A stretch of DNA of 64,000 nucleotides from an uncultured bacterium (GCA_963923025.1 CAWUKV010000003.1:8776-72775), one strand, 5' to 3'; counted from the stretch's first letter, positions 29,920-39,122 are shown. A program made the numbers and translations. The notes: generated by a model from the sequence alone, not told the origin.

Positions 29920-30473
29920 TTCGGGGGTCTCCTTCAGTGTTAGATGAGAATGATGAGCTTTCTGAAAAAGAATTTGCACGCGAAGCCGTCCTCAACAGAT
30001 AAGCGAGGAATATGGCATTATCTTTAACAGAAGAGAGAGATTTTCTCTTTACTTTTTGTTATGGCAGCAGAACGACACAGGCATTAGATAGTTCGCTATT
30101 GCTACCAGATGACTCTCATAAAGGCTTATAACAAAGCCAACAGAGAAGAATTAAAAGCAAAGCCAGGGAATAACAGAATCGGGCATTCAGACATAGATAC
30201 GAGTCGTTGCCAACATTGGATGTGGCTTTTTCGAGATTTGACAGGTTAGTTGTGGCTGCTTGAGCTAGAGGACGTCAACCGAACCACTGTTTATAACTAG
30301 CGCCATTTACGTTAGGACACCGAGTACAGTGATCCTGCTTGTCATAAAGCGAAATGGCGTCACAGCCTTTTCCTGACGGATCTGACCGCTGCTGTATTTA
30401 CCTGTCTGAATACCAATACGACCGATGCGACCTATTGGATGAGTTTTTTTGATTTTTCCTTGAAGCCCTTGAC

Positions 30474-31265
30474 CTATATGGTTTCTGCAACCACTGGGCC
30501 AGCAGGCTGGTCGGGTAAGTTTACCGATTCAACTGTGACAATCACGTCTTTTACCCAGGGCCGCGATTGGTACACAGGCGGCATCTCTAGGGTGACAAAA
30601 ACGCTGCCGGAACGGGTTTGAAACTCACCACAGGGGATGTACTCACCCTGGTGGCTAACCCACAGGGCGTAGGTTTGGTCGGTAGATAGCGGAGCAAGGT
30701 TTTCAAAGGCGATCGCAGCTTGCAACCCGTCCGTATCGACAATCATGCTGCCAAACGCATCGGCATCCGCATCGGTACCCGCAAAGTCATAAAACCGGGT
30801 GGCAGGCTGCTGCAAAATCAGCTGGGCCTGCTGGGCGGGTGCAGCCGCCAGGAGCGCTTGCCGTAATTGCTGATTTGCCAGTCGTAGGCGATGGTTGTTT
30901 AACCCCAGTACTAGCGATAGCGCTGCCGCACCGACTGCCGCAGCGGCCAGCCCCCAGGTCACCATCGACCGTTGGGGACGTTGCAGCACGGGTGCGGCTT
31001 GGCTGACTGGTTGAGGTGTAGCGGTGTCTAGTTTTGTTAGGATGCGATCGCGCAAATAATCCGGCGGCGTCATCAGCGGTAGCTCGTCGAGCATCAACCC
31101 CACCGTGCTCTCCAGTCGGTTCACCTCTGCCCGCAGCTCCGGACGTTCGACCACCAATCGAGCAAAGTCGTCTGCCTGCTCAGCTGAGAGGTTGCCCGCC
31201 ACATAGTCAGCGGCCAGTTCTTTTAGGTTTCGTTCAGCATCCATAGGGCAGTCGTGGGTCGTCAA
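30474..31265 (-). CDS. anti-sigma factor (RskA-like, membrane-spanning)
   Basis: 263 aa ORF with an N-terminal anti-sigma domain, a central transmembrane helix (WGLAAAAVGAAALSLVLGL) and a C-terminal periplasmic domain. It lies directly downstream of the ECF sigma gene. Confidence 0.75.
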   Translation of the reverse strand: MTTHDCPMDAERNLKELAADYVAGNLSAEQADDFARLVVERPELRAEVNRLESTVGLMLDELPLMTPPDYLRDRILTKLDTATPQPVSQAAPVLQRPQRSMVTWGLAAAAVGAAALSLVLGLNNHRLRLANQQLRQALLAAAPAQQAQLILQQPATRFYDFAGTDADADAFGSMIVDTDGLQAAIAFENLAPLSTDQTYALWVSHQGEYIPCGEFQTRSGSVFVTLEMPPVYQSRPWVKDVIVTVESVNLPDQPAGPVVAETI

Positions 31266-31309
31266 TCACAGGGGTATCTTCAGGGTCGGTTATGAGGGCA
31301 TTGCAACCA

Positions 31310-31909
31310 TTACTCAACGAAATCTTGCAGCAAATCCTTTAGCTTTAGCAGGCCCTGACGCATTCGCGACTTGACCGTCCCTAAAGGAATGTTCGTTTGA
31401 CTAGCTATTTCGGATTGACTGAATCCATGATAGTAGGCCAGCCATAGCAGCTCCCGTTGCTTTTCGGGCAGGGTTTTCAGTGCCTCCCGAACTCGCTGTG
31501 CCCGTTCACCCAGCGTGGCCTGGGCTTCGGGCAACGAAAACGACTCCACCGGGGGAACCAGTCCTTTCAAAATGCGCTGTCGGTTGCTGCGGGTACGGAT
31601 GCGATCAATCGCTCGGTTGCGCGTCACCGTACTCAAAAACCGCGCCAAAGAACCACGGCTGGGGTCATAGGTTTGCTTCTGCCAAAGGTTCAGAAAGACT
31701 TCTTGAGTTAAGTCTTCGGCCTCCGGTCCGCGATTGAGAACCTTGAAGGCAATGGTATAGACCAAGCGTGAGTAGCGATCGTACAAAACCGTCAATGCGG
31801 CCTTATCCCCTCGCCGTAGGGCCAGCACCAACACGTCGTCAGTTGCGTCTTCCCAGTCTGAAACCTGACGTTTTGACCCTTCAGAAGGCATAGGCTCAGA
31901 ACCCATCAA
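31310..31909 (-). CDS. ECF (sigma-70 group 4) RNA polymerase sigma factor
   Basis: Sigma region 2 (LTQEVFLNLWQ) and region 4 helix-turn-helix (YHGFSQSEIASQTNIPLGTVKSRM). Confidence 0.85.
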   Translation of the reverse strand: MMGSEPMPSEGSKRQVSDWEDATDDVLVLALRRGDKAALTVLYDRYSRLVYTIAFKVLNRGPEAEDLTQEVFLNLWQKQTYDPSRGSLARFLSTVTRNRAIDRIRTRSNRQRILKGLVPPVESFSLPEAQATLGERAQRVREALKTLPEKQRELLWLAYYHGFSQSEIASQTNIPLGTVKSRMRQGLLKLKDLLQDFVE

Positions 31910-31998
31910 GGGGTCGTTCGTGTGAATCTATACAGCGTGGATACTGAAAACTATCTCATTTAGGCAGGGTGCGATCCTAGCAAGTTGAGAAACTTTAC

Positions 31999-32022
31999 GG
32001 GGGGGGCAAGGGGCAAGGGGGG
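31999..32022 (+). other. G-rich tract (G8-caa-G4-caa-G6) with G-quadruplex potential
   Basis: ggggggggcaaggggcaagggggg seen directly between the ECF sigma promoter region and repeat copy B. Confidence 0.4.
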
Positions 32023-32187
32023 ATTGGTTGGCCGCTAGTCTAGCGGTTGCCGCCTTGGCTTGCTCTTGATGAAACAGTTGACTTTTTAGATAGGGAAAAT
32101 TGTTGTGCGGTTGGGAGTATGGGATAACGCAAATTTAGTGTCCTGGGTTAGCACGTGGAGAAAGGAACAAGTAGACGTGTTAGGCGA

Positions 32188-32347
32188 CTTGTCCACGCTT
32201 AGCATACAAAAATTGCCTGTAACAAAGCGTATGGGCTGGGTATGTATAGCAAGTTTCAATTGCATTGAAACTTACGCCTCGCTTGACCTGCTGTGCTGTC
32301 AAGCTTCTATCGATCAAGAATGAGTCAAGTCAAGCGAGAAACGCTAT
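32188..32347 (+). repeat. copy B of the repeated two-hairpin element
   Basis: Hairpin 1 at 32249-32275. Hairpin 2 is a perfect 10 bp stem, CTCGCTTGAC ... GTCAAGCGAG, at 32278-32338. The terminal gaaacgctat lies at 32337-32346. Confidence 0.6.
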
Positions 32348-32628
32348 ACATGGCCGATTATGAGTAGATAGCCTTAAGTATTTGACGGCATGTCATTCCG
32401 TTCGCTTTAGCGGCTCCTTTGGAGCAACGGAGTCGAGGAATCTCTCGATGTATAACGCTTTCGCCGAGATGCTTCGACAAGCTCAGCATGACACTAGTGC
32501 ATCGTCAAAGCTTAATTTTAGGGTAGACGGAAGCGAGCTTACACCTGGCATCTTCGACTTTTATAGTGGACCCCAAAAACTGGACAGGTAGCTAAGCTCT
32601 GAATCACTCGGAAAAATGGGAGTCATTC

Positions 32629-32946
32629 ATGAGCAGAAAACGGAAACACTACAGCGCTCAGTTCAAGGCAAAAGTAGCCCTTGAAGCGGTTCGCGGAGAA
32701 AAGACATCAGCTGAATTAGCCAGTGCGTATGAAATCCATCCAACGCTGATCAATGGCTGGAAACGTCAGCTGCTGGAGGATGCCAGCGCACTGTTTGACG
32801 GCGGGACATCAGCCAGTAAAGTCGAGTCAGACACTGAGGCTCAGATTGCCGAGCTGTATCGCCAGATTGGTCAACTGACGGTCGAGCGTGATTTTTTAGC
32901 CAAGCGGTGCGCACAATCGGGACTGCCGAGCGCAAGGCCTTGGTAG
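32629..32946 (+). CDS. IS3-family transposase OrfA (helix-turn-helix plus leucine zipper)
   Basis: MSRKRKHYSAQFKAKVALEAVRGEKTSAELASAYEIHPTLINGWKRQ is the classic IS3/IS150 OrfA. Confidence 0.85.
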   Translation: MSRKRKHYSAQFKAKVALEAVRGEKTSAELASAYEIHPTLINGWKRQLLEDASALFDGGTSASKVESDTEAQIAELYRQIGQLTVERDFLAKRCAQSGLPSARPW

Positions 32947-33177
32947 ATGAGCAGCATCCGAGTTTGAGTCTGGTACGTCAGTGTCAACTGCTGGGTATCA
33001 GCCGTTCGAGTCTTTACTATAGCAGCCGCCAGATCCGTTAGGACAAGGCTGCGACAACCTATAGCTCTACGCCTAGCTCTACGCCTAGCGGGACTGCCGT
33101 ACTCGATGTCCTAAGCGATATGGCGCTAGCTATACCAGAGTGTCGGCCCGCCAGCTGAGGAGCTGACATTACTGCGG

Positions 33178-33870
33178 TTGATCGATGAGCAGTATCTGCA
33201 AACGCCGTTCTACGGCAGCAGGCGGATGATGGTGCATTTGCGTCAACTGGGCTATTCGGTGAATCGTAAGCGGGTGCAGCGTTTGATGCGTCAGCTGGGC
33301 TTACAAGCGGTCTATCCCAAGCCTAAGCTGAGCCAGCCCCATCCCGGACACAAGGTGTATCCCTACCTGCTGCGTGGGGTTGAGATTACGAGCGTCAATC
33401 AAGTCTGGAGTACTGATATCACCTATCTGCCAGTGCTAAAGGGCCATTTCTATCTCGTTGCTGTGATGGACTGGTTTAGTCGAAAGGTGCTGAGCTGGCG
33501 GATTTCAAACACGATGGACGGTCAGTTTTGTGTGGCGGCTTTGGAGGAAGCCTTAAACACATTTGCCAAGCCAGCGATCTTTAACTCTGACCACGGGGCT
33601 CAGTTTACGGCCAATGCTTTTACGGACTGTCTAAGGCAAGCAGGCATTGAGATCAGCATGGATGGCCGAGGCCGCTGTCATGACAACATCTTTATCGAGC
33701 GGTTGTGGCGGTCGGTGAAATGGGAGTTGATCTATCTCAAGACGTTTGATGATGGACGGCAGTTGTCCCGTGAGGTGTCGGACTGGTTTCACTGGTACAA
33801 CCGCCAGAGACTGCATCAGTCACTCAATTATCGGACACCGGATGAAATTTATTTTGAGGGAGGTGGATAA
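33178..33870 (+). pseudogene. IS3-family transposase OrfB (DDE integrase core); its N-terminal linker to orfA is disrupted
   Basis: The rve-domain sequence (DITYLPV...FNSDHGAQF...ERLWRSVKWE) is intact. Stops and a perfect 12 bp tandem duplication (agctctacgcct x2 at 33063-33086) lie between orfA and orfB in place of the usual -1 frameshift overlap. Confidence 0.7.
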
Positions 33871-33970
33871 ATATGATTTGAGCTGTGATACGCTTTGGAG
33901 CAAGAACAGATTTTGTTGTCCTTTCAGAGCTTAATTGCACTGCAAAACTGTCCAAGCTTTGGGGTCCACT

Positions 33971-35083
33971 TCAGATGTCATCGTATCGGGTCTCAAATGC
34001 CTTGAGTTGGTCAATGTCTAAGGCCTCCTCACCCTTGTCTTTGGCTTGATTGACCTGATGGAGTATGGTCACCAACAGCACGCTCATCTGATAGGCCCAC
34101 CATTGCTGATGATGCTCTAGGACAAACTGCAATTCCCTCAGGTGATGGGCATTACAGAGGAAATAAGCACAATCATAGCCGCTGTAGCTCTGCCAGCCAT
34201 CATGAACGGCCTTACCCGAGAACACGGGCAGTATGCCCATCTCGTCCATCGCCAAGCGGCCCCGTTTGGTATGGACAAAGTAGTAGGTCAACCCATCAGT
34301 GCAGGCCACATGCAGCCAAAACAGTTGGCCGTTGACCCGCATCCCCGTTTCGTCAAAGTGAACCAGGCTCGCGTTCGCCAACTGCGATTGAACGCGCTGC
34401 TCGACCAAGGCCAACTGCTCGAAGCAGTGCTTGCGGCTGTTATACAGCGTCCCTTCTGAGACCGTTGCCCCAAACAGGTCCTTCAGGACCTCAGTGGTGC
34501 GAGCTGAGGGCAGCAGTTGAGCCTCCATCAGGTACAGCATCACTCCTCTCAAGCGCGGACCATACTGCACCACGGTCGTTGCAGTGGCGGGAAAGCTTGC
34601 TTGGTTCTGATGACCACAGTGACGACAACACTTCACGCTAGCGCGATGTTCCGTCACCAGTGGCTCTATCGGCTCAATGTCAACCACCTGACGGGCTATC
34701 CACTCTTCAACCGCCTCGGCGGCTAGTGAACCACCGCACTGCTGACAATAATTCTCCTCGTGATATTCCACCCAATCAGCTTGCGACTGCCACTCTAACG
34801 TCTGGCCTTGATGACCCGGTTGTCCCCCTGACGACTTGCCACTCTTTCCCCGCAGGCTTTTCGTCCGCTTCTTAAACCCATCACCTGATGGCGGCTTGTG
34901 GCTGTTGCGACTCGTCTTTTTCTCTCGGCCTTCCAGCTTATCTAGACGCGCTTCTAGACTATCGAGACGCTTGAGTTCCTTAAGGAGCTGTTGCACCAAC
35001 GACACGACCGCTTCCTCGCCCTCTTGGTAGATGGCTCGGATCTCTGCTTCGCTCAGCTCAATTCGCTTCGGCGGTTTACTCAA
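33971..35083 (-). pseudogene. IS66-family transposase TnpC, C-terminally truncated (370 aa of about 520)
   Basis: Motifs KPPSGDGFKKR, a zinc finger CQQCGG...CRHCGH, HFDETG and NAHHLRELQ. The ORF ends 3 bp from the IS3 right end, and no tnpA or tnpB is present. Confidence 0.75.
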
Positions 35084-35172
35084 ATCTGACTATCGATACT
35101 CTGATTTATGATTTACACCAGCCTCGGGTAAAACTTTGAAAATATTGCTATTTTCTTTAGCCTGAGTAGTAA

Positions 35173-35295
35173 CAAGATTGGACAGAAGACGGTATTGCAA
35201 CAGACTTGTTGGAGCAAGGCATCACTAAAGATGAAATCGTCTTAGCCTTTCATCCCCCGCATCTGCGACAGTACACCGAGTTTTCTGCCGCCTGA
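35173..35295 (+). pseudogene. remnant of an XisI-like gene (C-terminal about 40 codons only)
   Basis: QDWTEDGIATDLLEQGITKDEIVLAFHPPHLRQYTEFSAA follows an in-frame TAG TAA. It resembles the C-terminus of cyanobacterial XisI proteins. Confidence 0.4.
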
Positions 35296-35299
35296 TATT

Positions 35300-35341
35300 A
35301 ATATTGTTGCCTGTGACGAAAATATTGTTGCCTGTGACGAA
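35300..35341. repeat. perfect 21 bp direct repeat x2 (aatattgttgcctgtgacgaa)
   Basis: Seen directly, immediately after the XisI remnant. Confidence 0.85.
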
Positions 35342-35552
35342 CACCGATCAAGGCCAGGGGGCATGCTAGATACTGCCTTCCTCAACCGCGAAAAGCTACT
35401 TCTCATTGGGTAGCCGTCGCCGAAGACTTTCTCCTGTGTTCAAAAAACTGATAGCCCTGTTGGATTGCTTGAAGAATGATGACTACCAGTACTTGAGACG
35501 AATGTGCATGAGAGGGTAAGGGGTTAGTTGCGCACCTTCCCAGCTTCGCCGA

Positions 35553-36500
35553 ATGGTAGGCTCTTACAGATGTTCAACGGGCAGTTTATCTCTGCTCCGC
35601 TTGCCTGTGCTACCCCCAACGCTTCAACCCGGCGATACGCTCCACGTCATTGCACCCAGTGGAGCACTGCGAGAAACGACGGCGTTTAAAGCTGGGGTGG
35701 CGATCTGGCGGCAGCGGGGTTACGACGTGCAGCTCAGCCCCGGTTACGATCAGCGCTGGGGCTACCTGGCCGGGGAAGATACCCTGCGCCGACATCAGCT
35801 TTTGACGGCGCTCAAAGATCCTAACTGCAAGGGCATACTTTGTGCCCGTGGGGGTTACGGGGGCACTCGCCTGCTAGAAGATTGGCGGTGGCCTCGGGTT
35901 GAGCCGAAGTGGCTGATTGGGTTCTCAGATGTGACCAGCCTGCTGTGGAGCTGGGACCGTCAGGGGGTCTCCGGACTTCATGGACCGCTGCTAACCACAA
36001 TTGCCAGAGAGCCGGACTGGTCGCTAGCGCGGCTGTTTGACTGGGTTGAGCAGCAGCATCTGCCACCGCTTCAGGGGGAGACTTGGGTGTCGGGTACGGC
36101 GACCGGGCAGCTGCTGCCTGCCAATTTGACGGTGGCAACCTGTCTGCTAGGGACGGTCCACGAGCCCAATTTGGACGGTACAATTCTGGCGTTTGAGGAT
36201 GTGACAGAAGCGCCGTATCGGCTGGACCGAATGCTGACGCACTGGCGCATGCTGGGCAAGTTTGACGGCGTACGCGGGATTGCGGTAGGGCGGTTTAGTC
36301 AGTGTGAGCCGCCTACGGGAGTGCCAAGCTTTACAGCACTGGAGGTGCTGCGAGAGCGGTTGGGAGATTTGGGAGTGCCAATTGTGGCGGGGCTGCCCTT
36401 TGGGCACGATGGCGAAAATGCAGCACTGCCGGTGGGGATTACGGCGACGGTGGATGGGGATGCAGGGATGTTGCGGTTTCCGGATTACGATAGGGGGTGA
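35553..36500 (+). CDS. ldcA: LD-carboxypeptidase (peptidase S66, muramoyltetrapeptide carboxypeptidase)
   Basis: 315 aa ORF with HVIAPSG...GYDQRWGYLAG...CARGGYG...GFSDVT motifs of the S66 family. Confidence 0.8.
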   Translation: MVGSYRCSTGSLSLLRLPVLPPTLQPGDTLHVIAPSGALRETTAFKAGVAIWRQRGYDVQLSPGYDQRWGYLAGEDTLRRHQLLTALKDPNCKGILCARGGYGGTRLLEDWRWPRVEPKWLIGFSDVTSLLWSWDRQGVSGLHGPLLTTIAREPDWSLARLFDWVEQQHLPPLQGETWVSGTATGQLLPANLTVATCLLGTVHEPNLDGTILAFEDVTEAPYRLDRMLTHWRMLGKFDGVRGIAVGRFSQCEPPTGVPSFTALEVLRERLGDLGVPIVAGLPFGHDGENAALPVGITATVDGDAGMLRFPDYDRG

Positions 36501-36521
36501 TGGGATTGAGTAATCTAACCT

Positions 36522-37244
36522 GTGGTTCCTTTAAGCGATAACAATCCGACACGGACGACGCCTTACGTTGTTTTTGTGCTGATTGCCATTAATGTTGTCA
36601 TCTTCCTGTACGAGCTGACGCTGCAGGCGGGGCCGACAGATGTGGCGCTGCAACAGTTTTTTAACACCTGGGCAATTGTGCCGCGTGAGCTGACCGAGAG
36701 CTTTACCGGGCAGTCGTCGGTGCCTTTGGGCGAGTGGTTTACGTTGGTGAGTTCGCAGTTTCTGCACGGGGGCTTTCTGCACATTGCGGGCAATATGCTC
36801 TACCTGTGGATCTTCGGGAACAACATCGAAGACCAGCTGGGGCACGTAAAGTTCATCGTGTTTTATTTGGTGTGTGGCGTGCTGGCAGGGCTGTGCCAGT
36901 GGATTTTTGAGCCGATGTCGACTATTCCGACGTTGGGGGCCAGTGGCGCGATCGCAGGTGTCATGGGTGCATACATCATCCGCTTCCCCAAAGCCCAAAT
37001 CCTGACGTTCTTGCCGCTGTTCTTTATCTTCACCACCGCTCGCATTCCGGCGATCTTCTTTTTGGGCTGGTGGTTTGTGCAGCAGGCGTTTTACAGCATT
37101 GCCAGCCTAGGAGCTTCTGCCGACATGGGGACCGGCGGCGTCGCCTACCTGGCCCACGCAGGCGGGTTCGTCTTCGGCGTCATTCTCGGGCCGCTCTTAG
37201 GCCTATTCCCAGTCGGGACCGGCCCTTTCAAGCGCAGGCAATAG
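36522..37244 (+). CDS. rhomboid family intramembrane serine protease
   Basis: Six transmembrane helices, GNMLYLWIFG, the catalytic GASGAIAGVMGAY (GxSG) motif and a downstream AHAGG histidine. Confidence 0.85.
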   Translation: MVPLSDNNPTRTTPYVVFVLIAINVVIFLYELTLQAGPTDVALQQFFNTWAIVPRELTESFTGQSSVPLGEWFTLVSSQFLHGGFLHIAGNMLYLWIFGNNIEDQLGHVKFIVFYLVCGVLAGLCQWIFEPMSTIPTLGASGAIAGVMGAYIIRFPKAQILTFLPLFFIFTTARIPAIFFLGWWFVQQAFYSIASLGASADMGTGGVAYLAHAGGFVFGVILGPLLGLFPVGTGPFKRRQ

Positions 37245-37286
37245 ATATGAACACCCCTTCATCCTTTTGCCTTCCGCCTTTCCACT

Positions 37287-37871
37287 TCAGTCCAGCACAA
37301 AATCATACGGAATATCCAACGCCCCCTGCCCCACGGTGCCCTGATACGTCTGGCTCTCGCCCTGGTTCAGAATCGTCAGCGTATAGTCCACGGTCGTCGT
37401 TCGTTCCGTGCAGGGAATCGACAGCGCCACGATGGCAGAATACTCCCCTGCGGGAGCCGCATCCGTCGGCCAAAAGATATTCTCCACCGGGGCAAATCCG
37501 GTGTTCTCGCAATAGGCGTTAGCATCGACGTCGAGCTGGCCGCCGGACGGCACTGCTGGGTTAAAGTAGCTGACGGTATCTCCAGAAGGGTCCACCACAA
37601 TTAGGTCCAGGTCATCCTCGGTTTGCCACCGCAGCGTCACCTGAATATCGCCAGTTTGCAAAACCGGCTCTGACCCGCTAAAGGCTGACCCGCCACACAG
37701 CTCAGCCAAGTCGTAAAGCTGACCGTCATCTTCTACATAGCAGCCGCTGTGGCTTTGGGCCAGTGCAGCATCAGTGCTAGCCGCCATGGCCAACGCCCCA
37801 GCTAACACAGCAAAGCCAGCGGCAACTCGCCTAGTCAAAACAGAGATATCGAGCAAACGGGGGCCGTTCAT
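37287..37871 (-). CDS. secreted hypothetical protein
   Basis: 194 aa ORF with a signal peptide (RRVAAGFAVLAGALAMAAS) and a beta-rich domain. Confidence 0.5.
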   Translation of the reverse strand: MNGPRLLDISVLTRRVAAGFAVLAGALAMAASTDAALAQSHSGCYVEDDGQLYDLAELCGGSAFSGSEPVLQTGDIQVTLRWQTEDDLDLIVVDPSGDTVSYFNPAVPSGGQLDVDANAYCENTGFAPVENIFWPTDAAPAGEYSAIVALSIPCTERTTTVDYTLTILNQGESQTYQGTVGQGALDIPYDFVLD

Positions 37872-38131
37872 AGCAGGTTGTAAACAATCACGTTGGGCAA
37901 GACGGCCTTAGGTTTCCCGTTCCCAGTTAGAAGTGTTTCATTCCCCAATTCGGCACTTGCCCACAGTTGAATGAGCCTTTGCCATAATGGGTAGGATAGA
38001 TCATTCGATCTACCGTCTGTAAATCTACTCAGACCCTGCTGATCTGTCTAACGGGGAGGGGTTCAAAGTAGTAGACAGACGCCGTATCGGTATGCTATGC
38101 AAAGGTCACTTCGCCTACCACCTGAACACCT

Positions 38132-38962
38132 ATGGGGTCTTCCATCCTTGCGATTTTGTCGCTGCTGATTATCAGCTACAGCGTTGGCTCGGTGCGCGTC
38201 ATCAATGAGTCAGAAGCAGCCTTGGTCGAACGCCTGGGTAAGTACCGGGCCACCCTACGACCCGGGCTGAATTTCGTTGTACCGCTGCTAGACCGGGTTG
38301 TTCTGCGAGAGAACCTGCGCGAGCAAACGTTAGATATTGAGCCTAAGACTGCGATCACGCGCGACAACGTCACCCTTGAAGTAGACTCCATTGTTTACTG
38401 GCGCATTCTCGACCTGGAGAAAACCTACTACGCCATTGAGGATGTGGAGTTCGCCATTCAAGAGCTGGTCACCACGACGCTCCGCTCCGAAATCGGCAAA
38501 CTCGAGCTGCAAAGCACCTTCTCCTCTCGGGAACGCATCAACAAGGCATTGCTGGACGAGCTCGACGAAGCCACCGAACCCTGGGGTGTAAAGGTCAACC
38601 GGGTCGAGGTTCAAGAGATTAAGCCGCCGCCGGAAGTGGTCGAGTCGATGCAGCGGGAACAGGCGGCGATGATCGAGCGCAACGCTGAAATTCTTAAGGC
38701 AGAGGGGCAGAAGAAGGCCAAAATCCTTGAAGCTGAGGGGACAGTGCAGTCCATGCAGCTACTGGCCCAGGCGTTTGACGGGGCTGAAAACCGTAAGGAC
38801 ATTCTGAATTTTCTCATCGCTCAGCGCTACGTTGAGGCCAACCAGAAACTGGGCGAGAGCGATAACTCTAAGGTTGTGTTTATGAATCCTCGCGACCTGA
38901 CCGAGGGACTGGTCGATTTGATCGACAGCGAAGTCAACGTCCGCGACCTGAAGGGCAACTAA
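38132..38962 (+). CDS. SPFH/band 7 (stomatin-like) family protein
   Basis: N-terminal transmembrane helix and an SPFH domain (LRENLREQTLDIEPKTAITRDNVTLEVDSIVYWRI), followed by a coiled-coil tail. Confidence 0.85.
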   Translation: MGSSILAILSLLIISYSVGSVRVINESEAALVERLGKYRATLRPGLNFVVPLLDRVVLRENLREQTLDIEPKTAITRDNVTLEVDSIVYWRILDLEKTYYAIEDVEFAIQELVTTTLRSEIGKLELQSTFSSRERINKALLDELDEATEPWGVKVNRVEVQEIKPPPEVVESMQREQAAMIERNAEILKAEGQKKAKILEAEGTVQSMQLLAQAFDGAENRKDILNFLIAQRYVEANQKLGESDNSKVVFMNPRDLTEGLVDLIDSEVNVRDLKGN

Positions 38963-39122
38963 TACAGGCAGACGGCGATCATCTCAGAAGTCTGCTGCCG
39001 CCCTGCGTTCTAGTCCAAAGCTATATGCCCTCTCCCGACAGCCTTTCTTATCGGTAAGATAAGGAGCGGCACAAGGCTGTCGCTTGAAGATCTGAAGTGC
39101 CCAAAGAATTTGGGATCTAATC

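Larger units (their letters stand above)
32567..33968 (+). mobile_element. IS3-family insertion sequence (1402 bp) with imperfect terminal inverted repeats beginning TGGACCCCAAA
   Basis: The left end TGGACCCCAAAAACTGGACAG...AAGCTCTGAA matches the reverse complement of the right end TGGACCCCAAAGCTTGGACAG...AAGCTCTGAA. The element contains orfA and a disrupted orfB. Confidence 0.8.

Noticed and set aside
31910-32000. ECF-type -35/-10 promoter (GGAAC...CGTC) upstream of the sigma factor gene for autoregulation
   Set aside because: I could not find a convincing match by eye. A motif search using the clade consensus would be needed.
18281-32347. Possibility that the repeated hairpin element is a CRISPR repeat or array
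   Set aside because: There are only two copies, 14 kb apart. They are about 160 nt long, which is far longer than CRISPR repeats. There is no regular spacing and no cas genes.
32380-32566. Missing C-terminal portion of the IS66 transposase expected on the far side of the IS3 insertion
   Set aside because: Reverse-strand translations there hit stops immediately and show no IS66-like sequence, so the IS66 copy is truncated rather than simply split.
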